This document shows positions 38,509 to 47,527 of a stretch of 64,000 nucleotides of DNA, in pieces. This DNA comes from an uncultured Candidatus Saccharibacteria bacterium (lineage in GTDB: Bacteria > Patescibacteriota > Minisyncoccia > Minisyncoccales > GWA2-46-15), in contig CAZKCH010000001.1 in the NCBI GenBank assembly GCA_964551525.1, positions 1,831 to 65,830 of the forward strand, written 5' to 3'. A program made the translations under genes and the position numbers. The notes below the pieces were generated by a model. The model was not told where the DNA came from and ran no database searches. It saw nothing but the letters and a program-made list of their open reading frames with translations. The stretch's first letter is position 1. Every line of letters starts with the position of its first letter.

Positions 38509-38640
38509 CTTAGATTGTTCTTAAACGGGTCAACCCTTCAGTGTGATTCAGGGCCGGCTCTTTGATATGACTCAGGGCAAGTAGAGAAGGTCATGAAAGT
38601 GGCTAAGTGATTAAGTGGTTGAGTGGCCAAAACCAGAGAT

Positions 38641-38669
38641 TTGACAGCGATTATCTAAAGAATATAATG
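38641..38669 (+). promoter_or_regulatory. canonical sigma70-type promoter (TTGACA-17-TATAAT)
   Basis: ttgacagcgattatctaaagaatataat, 8 nt upstream of the Zn-ribbon ORF ATG. Confidence 0.5.
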
Positions 38670-38676
38670 GAAACGT

Positions 38677-38850
38677 ATGATGATAATTAAGTGCAATATA
38701 TGTAAAAAGACGATAAAGGGCAATGATCCCGTAACGGCAAGCGGGGGATTTGCCTCGAGAGTTGAATTATGCGAAAAATGCGGTTTGCCGATAATCAAAT
38801 TCTTGAAAAAACATAAATTTATAGCGGGCGGGACGCCCGATATATCGTAA
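38677..38850 (+). CDS. small zinc-ribbon protein (57 aa), not in ORF track
   Basis: MMIIKCNICKKT...VELCEKCGLP carries two CxxC pairs. Consensus promoter immediately upstream. Confidence 0.4.
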   Translation: MMIIKCNICKKTIKGNDPVTASGGFASRVELCEKCGLPIIKFLKKHKFIAGGTPDIS

Positions 38851-38895
38851 TCGCTATTAAAGAAAAACGATAGAGATTTCATCGCGGAATTTATC

Positions 38896-38937
38896 TCGTA
38901 TAAACCCTGTATTTACGCGGGGTTTTTTGGTAGAGTA
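38896..38937 (+). promoter_or_regulatory. hairpin/T-run + extended -10 (TGGTAGAGT) module
   Basis: Stem around ccctgtatttacgcgggg followed by ttttttggtagagt. Confidence 0.45.
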
Positions 38938-38954
38938 AAAAATAGAAATAAACC

Positions 38955-39368
38955 ATGAATATTAAACTAGCGACAGAAATAATTTTTCTACTCTGCATCA
39001 CGACTTTAGTTGTGACCATAATATTATCCAAATTATTTAGAGTAGAGCTTAAAAACACCGACCCCTCGGATATACCACCGGCGATGTGGTATATCGCAAT
39101 AATATCCGTAGTTTTGTTAGCTGCCGAAGGTACGGCGTGGTATTTTGAATCGCCAGAAACGGTTCCTAATGCGAAAAACGGTTTTCTGTTTGGACTTATG
39201 GCTGCCACCGTTGGTTTTATTAGCGACATACTTCTTTTAATTCCGCATAAGAATGGATCTAATATTTTGTTGGGCTATTATACTAAACCATGGTATTGGG
39301 CGGCATTTATCCTAATTTTAATCGTCTGCACCTTAGTTGGTTTTATAATGGCCAAAAGGGGCATATAA
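38955..39368 (+). CDS. hypothetical 4-TM membrane protein
   Basis: Four hydrophobic helices. No recognisable domain. Confidence 0.35.
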   Translation: MNIKLATEIIFLLCITTLVVTIILSKLFRVELKNTDPSDIPPAMWYIAIISVVLLAAEGTAWYFESPETVPNAKNGFLFGLMAATVGFISDILLLIPHKNGSNILLGYYTKPWYWAAFILILIVCTLVGFIMAKRGI

Positions 39369-39401
39369 TCCTTCGATGAAGTTTATGGTGAGCTTGTCGA
39401 A

Positions 39402-39437
39402 CCGCTCAGGACAAAAAGGCGGTTTTTTGGTAAAGTA
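39402..39437 (+). promoter_or_regulatory. hairpin/T-run + extended -10 (TGGTAAAGT) module
   Basis: ccgc..gcgg stem, tttttt, ggtaaagt, then ATG 7 nt later. Confidence 0.45.
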
Positions 39438-39443
39438 AGCAAT

Positions 39444-40040
39444 ATGATAAAGGCAGCGATATTCGACCTTAACGGAATATTTATTCAAGGCCCAAGATTG
39501 AGCGATAGATTCAAGGAGATTTTTGGTATTGAAACAAAAGATTTCTTGCCCGTGTTAAAAGAGATCATGGCAAAGATAAGAAAACCAAATGCGGGGAGTG
39601 CTTTTAGCCATTGGAAACCATATTTGGAGAGATGGAATGTCAGTCTGACGGAAGAACAGTTCCTTGATTTTTGGTTCGGTGCTGAAAAAGAAATTCCAGA
39701 ATTAATTGAATTGGCAAAACAGATAAAAACGAAAGGTGTTAAAGTGTTTATCCTGTCAAATAATTTTGCCGAAAGAGCCGATTATTATAAAAAGAGTTCT
39801 CCGTTCTTAACAGAAATTCCTGATAAAGTTTATTATTCTTGGCAAACGGGTTTCGTCAAACCGGACCCACAAGCATTCAAGAATCTGTTAACCGAGAACA
39901 ATCTTGAACCCGAGGAATGTATTTATTTTGATGATTTAGAAGAAAATATTAAAGTGGCAAACGACTTAGGAATGAAGGCCTTCCTTTATAATAACGTTAT
40001 CGGCTTAGAGGAAGCCCTGAGGAACAATCGGGTAATCTAA
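39444..40040 (+). CDS. HAD-superfamily hydrolase (subfamily IA-like phosphatase)
   Basis: AIFDLNGIF (motif I variant DxN), ILSNN (motif II-like) and YFDDLEENI (motif IV). Confidence 0.55.
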   Translation: MIKAAIFDLNGIFIQGPRLSDRFKEIFGIETKDFLPVLKEIMAKIRKPNAGSAFSHWKPYLERWNVSLTEEQFLDFWFGAEKEIPELIELAKQIKTKGVKVFILSNNFAERADYYKKSSPFLTEIPDKVYYSWQTGFVKPDPQAFKNLLTENNLEPEECIYFDDLEENIKVANDLGMKAFLYNNVIGLEEALRNNRVI

Positions 40041-40141
40041 TTCATCAAACAGGTTTCCAGCCTACGGCTGGTCAACCGAAGCAAGGGGCGAGCTGTCAAT
40101 CCCGTATTCAAAGCTTTAATATAAAGAAACAAACCGTATTT

Positions 40142-40906
40142 ATGAAATACTATCCAACTTTATTGCACGAGAAAGCCGCAAATAAAATGGTGGAGATTTT
40201 CAGTAGAGATAAATCGGTAATGAGCATCTTACTGACTTGTTCTTGCGCTAGGGGAAAGGCGTCGAAGGACTCCTGTCTGGACATATGCTTAATTGTAAAA
40301 AACAAGAATGATATTAAAAATATCAAAAGCAAATTTAATAAAGTTTATGGCCGAGATAAAATATTAAAGGGGCTTTCGAGGGCAGGGAAATACTCTCACA
40401 TAGATATAGAAATAACTGACGGAAAGATTATTCCCGTCGAAAGGGGATGGACCTCCGGTCCCGATGAATACGAATTAGAGATCGGAAACGTTTTCATCTA
40501 TTCAATGGTTTTATTCGACAGAAATAATCATTTTAAGAGACTAAGAAAGAACTATACCCCTTATTATTACGAGGGCCTGAGAAGAAAAAGATTAAAAGAA
40601 GTGAAGGAATTCATGTTTAACAACCTGGGCCACGTCCCTCTGCTCGTTAAAAGAAAACTATACTTCCAGGCCTTTAAAAGGTTTTATGATGCCACCAGGG
40701 AATTCTTGCAGGCGCTCTTTATAGAGAACAAAAAATACCCGATTGCTTATGATAAATGGGTAAAAGACCAACTAACAGAAATACTCGATAAGCCCGAACT
40801 TTACAAGGAATTCGTGGCCTTGTATGAGATTAAAAAACTGGAAAGCAACGAACTGGCCCTAAAAGCCGATAAGCTTAAAAAATTAGCAAAAAGATATTTA
40901 CCTTAA
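40142..40906 (+). CDS. pol-beta-superfamily nucleotidyltransferase, kanamycin nucleotidyltransferase (ANT(4')/KNTase)-like
   Basis: CSCARGKASKDSCLDICLIV matches the GS...SD.D minimal NTase signature. The 254-aa length and helical C-terminal domain resemble KNTase. Confidence 0.5.
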   Translation: MKYYPTLLHEKAANKMVEIFSRDKSVMSILLTCSCARGKASKDSCLDICLIVKNKNDIKNIKSKFNKVYGRDKILKGLSRAGKYSHIDIEITDGKIIPVERGWTSGPDEYELEIGNVFIYSMVLFDRNNHFKRLRKNYTPYYYEGLRRKRLKEVKEFMFNNLGHVPLLVKRKLYFQAFKRFYDATREFLQALFIENKKYPIAYDKWVKDQLTEILDKPELYKEFVALYEIKKLESNELALKADKLKKLAKRYLP

Positions 40907-40957
40907 GTTATATCGAAGGACTTGCCCTGAGCCGGGTCGAAGGGATAGAATAATACA

Positions 40958-42073
40958 ATGACTACTGAAGAACGGCTTGATCTCGTCAAACAAGTAGGGG
41001 AGGAGATTACCACCGAAGAAGAGCTGCGGCGGCTTTTAGAAACCGAAAAGAACTTGGTTGCCTATGACGGCTTTGAGCCCTCGGGCCAGATTCACATTGC
41101 CCAAGGTCTTTTACGCGCCATCAATGTCAACAAAATGATTAAGGCCGGCATCAAGTTTAAAATGCTGGTGGCTGACTGGCATGCGATGTGTAATGACAAA
41201 ATGGGCGGCGATCTGGAAAAAATTAAAATCGTGGGCCAATATTTCATTGAGGTTTGGCGGGCTTACGGCATGGATTTGAAAAACGTGGAGTTTGTTTGGG
41301 CTTCGGACTTAGTTAAAAACAGCAAATATTGGGAATTAGTTTTAAAGGTGGGCCGGACTAATAAACTGGCGCGCTTTATCAGAACCGCGGAATTCATGGG
41401 CCGAGAAGCAGCCGCGGAAACCTTGTCAGCGGCTCAGTTGTTTTATCCCTGCATGCAAATTGCTGATATTTTTACTCTGGGCGCCAAGATCACTCAATTA
41501 GGCATGGACCAGCGCAAAGTTAATATGTTGGCCCGGGAGATCGGATCCCAGCTCGGTTTTTGGAAACCAATAGTAATTTCACACCACATGCTCATGGGTT
41601 TGGATCAACCCCCCTCCGCCAATGCTTCGGAGGGCGAGGCCGCCATTGATAAAACCGCCAGGACCATAGCCCTCAAGATGTCTAAATCGAATCCTGATAA
41701 TGCGATTTTTATGACTGATTCAAAAGAAGAGATTGAAAGAAAAATTAACAAGGCCTGGTGCCCGGAAGGGGAGAGCCAAGAAAACCCGATTCTGGAATAC
41801 TGCCGTTATATAATTTTTGAATCCCTGGACCGACTTGGAACCAAAGAGATAAAAATTGAAAGACCGGAAAAATTCGGCGGCACCATTACGGTCAAATCCT
41901 ATGCTAAATTAGAAACGCTTTTCAGCCAGAAACAAATCCATCCCCAAGATCTGAAAAAAACAGTCGCCGAACTCTTAAACAAACTAATAGCGCCGGTCAG
42001 AGAACACTTTATCAAGGACAAGAGAGCGAAAAAACTGCTTGAACAAGTGACAGGTTTTGCCGTAACAAGATAA
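40958..42073 (+). CDS. tyrS: tyrosine--tRNA ligase, archaeal/eukaryotic type
   Basis: Strong collinear similarity to Methanocaldococcus-type TyrRS: YDGFEPSGQIHIAQG (HIGH), KMSKS, IERPEKFGGTITVKSYAKLETLFSQKQIHPQDLKKTVAELLNKLIAPVRE. Confidence 0.85.
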   Translation: MTTEERLDLVKQVGEEITTEEELRRLLETEKNLVAYDGFEPSGQIHIAQGLLRAINVNKMIKAGIKFKMLVADWHAMCNDKMGGDLEKIKIVGQYFIEVWRAYGMDLKNVEFVWASDLVKNSKYWELVLKVGRTNKLARFIRTAEFMGREAAAETLSAAQLFYPCMQIADIFTLGAKITQLGMDQRKVNMLAREIGSQLGFWKPIVISHHMLMGLDQPPSANASEGEAAIDKTARTIALKMSKSNPDNAIFMTDSKEEIERKINKAWCPEGESQENPILEYCRYIIFESLDRLGTKEIKIERPEKFGGTITVKSYAKLETLFSQKQIHPQDLKKTVAELLNKLIAPVREHFIKDKRAKKLLEQVTGFAVTR

Positions 42074-42154
42074 GTGGTATAATATTTTAATACCCAAAGG
42101 TCGACAATAATAGTGATTAGTTATTAGAAATTAGTTTTTTAACTTTTTACAAAT

Positions 42155-42835
42155 ATGCCTCAAGATTGGTTATCAGTAACCGTTGGCGCCCTCCAAGACC
42201 TTTGGCTTGGATTCTTGTATTTTATCCCGAATCTGATCGGCGCCGTAGTTGTTTTCGTTGTCGGCTGGCTCGCTTCTTCGTGGGTCGGCTGGGGAGTATC
42301 GAAAGTATTAAATCTTGCTAAATTGAACCAGCTTTTTGCCCGCGGCCAGTGGGATGAGGCCTTAGAAAAGGCCGGCATCAAAGCTGATGTCGCCGGTTTC
42401 ATCGGCCAGATTTGCCGCTGGATTCTGGTTTTGGTTTTCTTATCCGCCGCAGTGGAGATTCTCGGCCTGACGCAATTTGCTTCTCTTTTCGGACAAATAA
42501 TCGCCTGGCTGCCTAATGTGGTGGTGGTTGTTTTGATTATGGTCGTCGCCGTGATTGTCGCTGACATCTTAGAAAAATTAGCTGTCGCTTCAGTAGCGAG
42601 AGCAAAAATAAAATCCACTCAAGCCGTGGCTTTAGTGGTCAGATGGTCAATTTATATCTTCACTGTTCTAGTTGTTCTGATGCAATTGAAAATCGCTTCG
42701 CCCTTAGTCCAAACCGTGCTCACCGGCGTGATCGCCCTATTGGTGATTGCCGGCGGCTTGGCCATTGGCTTAGGTGGAAAGGATTTGGCAAAAGAAATCC
42801 TGGAAGACATTTACCGAAAGCTTAAGAACGAATAA
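42155..42835 (+). CDS. membrane protein with repeated conserved TM-helix units (MscS-N-terminal-like)
   Basis: Internally repeated hydrophobic helix plus amphipathic segments. No catalytic motif. Confidence 0.35.
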   Translation: MPQDWLSVTVGALQDLWLGFLYFIPNLIGAVVVFVVGWLASSWVGWGVSKVLNLAKLNQLFARGQWDEALEKAGIKADVAGFIGQICRWILVLVFLSAAVEILGLTQFASLFGQIIAWLPNVVVVVLIMVVAVIVADILEKLAVASVARAKIKSTQAVALVVRWSIYIFTVLVVLMQLKIASPLVQTVLTGVIALLVIAGGLAIGLGGKDLAKEILEDIYRKLKNE

Positions 42836-42867
42836 TTACCCGGGTTTTGACGTTAATTGGATCTCGC

Positions 42868-42892
42868 TTCGCCCCGGCTTTCAGCCGGGGCG
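42868..42892 (+). terminator. rho-independent terminator
   Basis: ccccggctttcagccgggg hairpin. A second hairpin/T-run (gcttcgaagcggtttttt) lies at 43022-43045. Confidence 0.5.
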
Positions 42893-42896
42893 GGCT

Positions 42897-42925
42897 ATTG
42901 ACAAACATATTCGTATTTAATACAA
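42897..42925 (+). promoter_or_regulatory. candidate rRNA promoter (TTGACA-17-TACAAT)
   Basis: ttgacaaacatattcgtatttaatacaat. A second TTGACA lies at 43133, upstream of the 23S leader. Confidence 0.4.
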
Positions 42926-43805
42926 TCAAAAATACTCTTAGATTTAAACATTCCTATGAATACCATTCTTTATACTCTCACCAAAAGAAGCGGCTAATTC
43001 CTTAGGATTTTTTATTGCCTAAGCGACCGCTTCGAAGCGGTTTTTTCTTTTCTCGCGCCGGCATTGACGCTGAATAAAAAATTGGCGGTAAAACCGGATT
43101 GAGAACCAAAAAACGAAAGAAAAAGAACGGACTTTGACAACTTAATAAAATTCTAGCTAATTAAGTAAAAACTCCTTAAATTTACAGACGAATCTGGTGA
43201 ATCTAAGGAGGGTAAGAAATTGTGGTTACAACAGGTTGATGGCGGATGCCTTGGAAAGTCGAGGCGACGAAGGACGTGGCGTGACTGCGATAAGCTCCGG
43301 GGAGGTGTCAAGCAACCCGTGAACCGGAGATGTCCGAATCTGGAAACAGGGCCGCGCAAAACGCGGTCGACCCCGAGCGCAAGTGAGGGGTAGCGTACCT
43401 GGGGAAGTAAAACCTTTCAGTACCCAGAGGAAAATAAAACAATGTTTCGTGTTTTACACGAGATGATTCCCTTAGTAGCGGCGAGTGAAAAGGGAAATAG
43501 CCTAGAGTTCTAAGCTTCGCAAGAAGCTTGGAGCAGTTAAAAGAGAGCGACGCCTGAAGTTTTCCCCTTTATCCCGAGAGAAATCGAGGGACAAGGAGAA
43601 AACTTTGGAAAGAGTAAAAAAATTGATTGTTAGCCAAAGTCCCCTGGAAAGGAACACCAAAGAGGGTAATAGTCCCGTAGGCGAAAACGATCAATCTCTT
43701 AGTCTCTTAGTCCCGCAAGGGACAAATCTTAAGTACTATAGGGCATGATAAATCTATAGGAAGTCGGCTGAACTACTTTCAAGCCAAGGCTAAATACTCG
43801 ACTTT

Positions 43806-43844
<39 letters not shown>

Positions 43845-45279
43845 CAGCCCGGCGAGGGCGATGAAATAGTACCTGAAACCATCTAACCTACAAAGAGTCG
43901 GAGCCCCACAGAGCGCAAGCTTTTGCGGGGTGACGGCGTACTTTTTGGAGAACGAGCCAACGAGTTGTTGTGCATAGTTGTCTAACCCCGTTAAACGGGG
44001 GAAGGCAAAGCGAAAGCAAGCGTTAATAGCGCGACTAAAACTGTGCACCCCAGACCCGAAGCCAAGCGAGCTTGCCAGCGTCAGGGTGAATCCCGCCGAA
44101 GGGCGAGAAGAAGCCCGTACCTGTGAGCCGTGCAATACTCTAGGACGAACGGTGGCACGAAGAGAAAACCTAAACGAGCTTGGTAATAGCTGGTTCTTCC
44201 CGAAATAGCTTTTGGACTAGCTCCGCCGTATTATATTTTTCAGGGGTAGAGCACTGAAAAGAATATCGTGGCTTTTAGCCAGGTATTCTTATCAAACTCC
44301 GAATACTGAAAAATTCAGGCGGAAGTAAGAACCCGGGCGCTAAGGTCCGGGCTCAAAAGGGAAACAGCCCAGACCTTCATCTAAGGCCCCCAAGTTTAAA
44401 CTAAGTGCTAGGAAGGAAGTGATTTTCCTATGATAGTCAGGAGGTGAGCTTAGAAGCAGCTACCCTTTAAAAAGTGCGTAACAGCTTACTGATTAAGGAA
44501 TTTCGCACCAAAGATTAACGGGGCTCAAGTTTAACGCCGAAGATAAGGGCCCGCCCACATCTGCAAAGTTGTGGCGGGCGGTAGGGAAGCGTCCTTTGTT
44601 CAGCGAAGCCCCTCCGTAAGGTCGGGGTGGAGAACAAGGGAGTGAGAATGTTGGCATGAGTAACCGCAATCCGGGTGAGATCCTCGGACACCGAAAGCCC
44701 AAGATTTCCTTGGCAATGATTTTCAGCCAGGGGTTAGGCGGCCCTAACACTGCGACCAAATGGCCTCAGTGGATGGACAGCCGGTTAATATTCCGGCCCT
44801 TCGGTTGTTTTTCAAAAGGGTGACGCAATCAAAGTTCTTGATAGGATTATTGGATTTCCGAGAGTCGAGATTTATCTCGACCGTTTCAAGAATCAGATTG
44901 CCAAGAAAAACCCTGAGATTTAAAACAACCGGATCCGTATCGCAAACCGACACAGGCAGGCAGGTCGAGTAGACCAAGGTGAACGGGTGAAAGCTCCTGA
45001 AGGAACTCGGCAAAAAAGCTACCCGTAAGTTCGCAAGATGGGTTGCCCCGACCCGCAAGGGTTATGGGGCCGCAGCTAACGATTCCTTAGCGACTGTTTA
45101 TCAAAAACACAGGCTCCTGCTTAACTCGTAAGAGGAAATATAGGAGCCGAGACCTGACCAGTGCTGGAACGTCAAACTCGACGATTTTACCGCAAGGTAA
45201 AACTGATCGAGCTAAGCGCCAGTGAACGTCCGCTCTAACTCTGAGAGTGTTAAAGTAGCGTAACCCCTTGTCAGGTAAG

Positions 45280-46035
45280 AGATTTGCCTGTGCTCACAGC
45301 AGTGAGCAATAAATCCGGCTAATAACGGTGAAATCCTCGTTAGAGTCCCGCATCAAGGGCGGGACGTTGAAAACAAGATAATACCGTGGGAAGTCCCGTT
45401 AAACGGGACCCCGTAACGACTGACGTCGCCGATAGCTATTGGCGACCGAGATAGTAGATGCTATGATGAAATAACATTTACGGATTTAATGAAAAAAATA
45501 CTATCATATGCCGGCACTAAACAATTCTAAATCAAAGAAAAATCTACCAGTATATATTTCTGGTTATGTAGACGGGGAAGGATGCTTTAGTGTTTCCTTC
45601 TCAAAAAGAGAAAAACTGTCAGTGGGATGGGAAACAAAACCAAGTTTTGCCGTAGGGCAAAACTATGACCGATCAGAAGTAATTAAATTACTAAAGCTTT
45701 ATTTAAATTGCGGAAGTATAAGACGTGATTATTCTGACAAAACATTGAAATTCGAGGTCCGTAGTTTAAATGACCTGGTAGAAAAAGTAATTCCTCATTT
45801 TCGTCAGTACCCTTTATTATCAAATAAGCGAAAAGATTTCGATTTGTTTGTAAAAATATGCGGGCTGATGAAAAAAGAAAAACACCTTCAAAGAAGGGGA
45901 TTAAAAAAGATTGTCAATTTCGCGTATCAAATGAACGCAAGCGGTAAACGAAAATACAAAAAAGAGGAAATTACAAAAGAATTGTCTATTTGAAGATATA
46001 GTCTGCACCATAAGAAATTATGAGACAATGTGAAG
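45280..46035 (+). mobile_element. 23S intron (probable group I) in domain IV, GGGTAAG|TTCCGACC site (about E. coli 1917-1923)
   Basis: About 756 nt with no 23S homology restore the universal sequence when removed. Contains ctaataacggtgaaa and taataccgtgggaag motifs, shared with the other introns. Confidence 0.6.
45508..45993 (+). CDS. LAGLIDADG homing endonuclease
   Basis: LPVYISGYVDGEGCFSVSF is a classic LAGLIDADG motif. 161 aa, within the 23S insertion. Confidence 0.8.
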   Translation: MPALNNSKSKKNLPVYISGYVDGEGCFSVSFSKREKLSVGWETKPSFAVGQNYDRSEVIKLLKLYLNCGSIRRDYSDKTLKFEVRSLNDLVEKVIPHFRQYPLLSNKRKDFDLFVKICGLMKKEKHLQRRGLKKIVNFAYQMNASGKRKYKKEEITKELSI

Positions 46036-46568
46036 TTCTGACCCGCATGAAAGGTTTCACGACTAAGGAACTGTCTCCAGGAGTTGCCCGGTGAAAATGC
46101 AGTAGGGGTGAAGATGCCCCTTACCTGCGGCTAGACGGAAAGACCCCGAGAGCTTCACTGTAAGGTGGTATTGGATTTTGGGTTTGGATGCGTAGCGTAG
46201 TAGGGAGGATTTGAAGTCCCGTTTTTGGACGGGATGGATCCGACAATGAAACACCTATCTTTTAAACTCTCAATTCTAATTCCGCTGATGAAGCGGATAA
46301 CAGTGCCACCCCGGCAGTTTAAGTGGGGCACTTGCCTCCCAAAAAGTACTGGAGGCGTTTAAAGGTCGGCTAGCTCCGGATGGAAATCGGAGCGATAGGG
46401 CAAAGCCATAAGCCGGCTTTACTGCAAGGCGGATATGCCGCGCAGTTGGGAAACCAGAACTTAGTGAACCGATGCGTCATAGTAGAAGGCGCAAAGATCA
46501 ACAGACAAAAGTTACCTCGGGGATAACAGGCTAGTAGGGCCCGCGAGTCCACATCTACGGCCCTGTTC

Positions 46569-46601
<33 letters not shown>

Positions 46602-46730
46602 GTGAAGCAGCTCCCAAGGGTCTGGCTGTTCGCCAGTTAAAGTGGTACGTGAGCTGGGTTCAAACCGTCGCGAGACAGGTTGGTCCCTATCTACCGCAGG
46701 CGTTGAGTCTTGAGGAGAGTCTCGGACAGT

Positions 46731-47527
46731 AAATAAAATTGCTGCTTCAGAGAGTAATCTCTGATGACAAATTGGCTAATAACGGTGAAACCTTCATTGG
46801 AATTATGCGGAAAGCGTATTTTTCCGCTTGTAGGTCCAACGGAAAAATGATATGATTTTCTTGAGGACCGCATAATTTTAAATAAGGTAATACCGTGGGA
46901 AGACAAACAAAAATACCCAAAACAGATTTAGCTTATATCGCTGGTTTTTTGGACGGTGACGGAAGTGTTATAGTCCAAATGAAAAACAGAAGGCACAATC
47001 CAAGAGGATGGCGATTAATGTTCACAATCTGCTTTTATCAGGATACGCGTCATGAAAAACCGCTATCCTGGATAAAAAAGACATTAGGAATAGGTTATAT
47101 TTCTCGCCGGAAAGATGGAATTACCGAACTAAGAATTAATGGTTTTGGAAGAACCAAAGAGATTCTGGAAAATTTATCACCATATATCAAGTTTAAGAAA
47201 AAACAGGTAAACATTTTACTAACGATCTTAAAAAAGATCGTAGGCAAGAATTTTCCTGATTTGACCAGAAAACAGCGGTTAAAAATAGCAGATATGATTT
47301 ATGAATCAAGACAGTTAACCTATCAATCTGGTTGGAAAAAATTCTCTAAGTCAAAAAGGGAATTAAGAGAAAGATTGGGTTTTTAATTAAAGTTTGTCCC
47401 CGTAACGACTTTCCGCATTAATGCGGAGGATGGCATAGTTTTATACGCCATAATACGCCAACCACGCGTTCAATTTATGAACGCGCGGAAGATATAGTCT
47501 AAGCTTGTAGAAATACAAGGCAACTTG
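46731..47527 (+). mobile_element. 23S intron (probable group I) inserted in the sarcin-ricin loop (AGU|ACGAGAGGACC)
   Basis: Removing about 797 nt restores ggacagtacgagaggacc. Same conserved core motifs (ggctaataacggtgaaa, aataccgtgggaag). Confidence 0.6.
46895..47386 (+). CDS. LAGLIDADG homing endonuclease
   Basis: LAYIAGFLDGDGSVIVQ motif. 163 aa, within the 23S insertion. Confidence 0.8.
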   Translation: MGRQTKIPKTDLAYIAGFLDGDGSVIVQMKNRRHNPRGWRLMFTICFYQDTRHEKPLSWIKKTLGIGYISRRKDGITELRINGFGRTKEILENLSPYIKFKKKQVNILLTILKKIVGKNFPDLTRKQRLKIADMIYESRQLTYQSGWKKFSKSKRELRERLGF

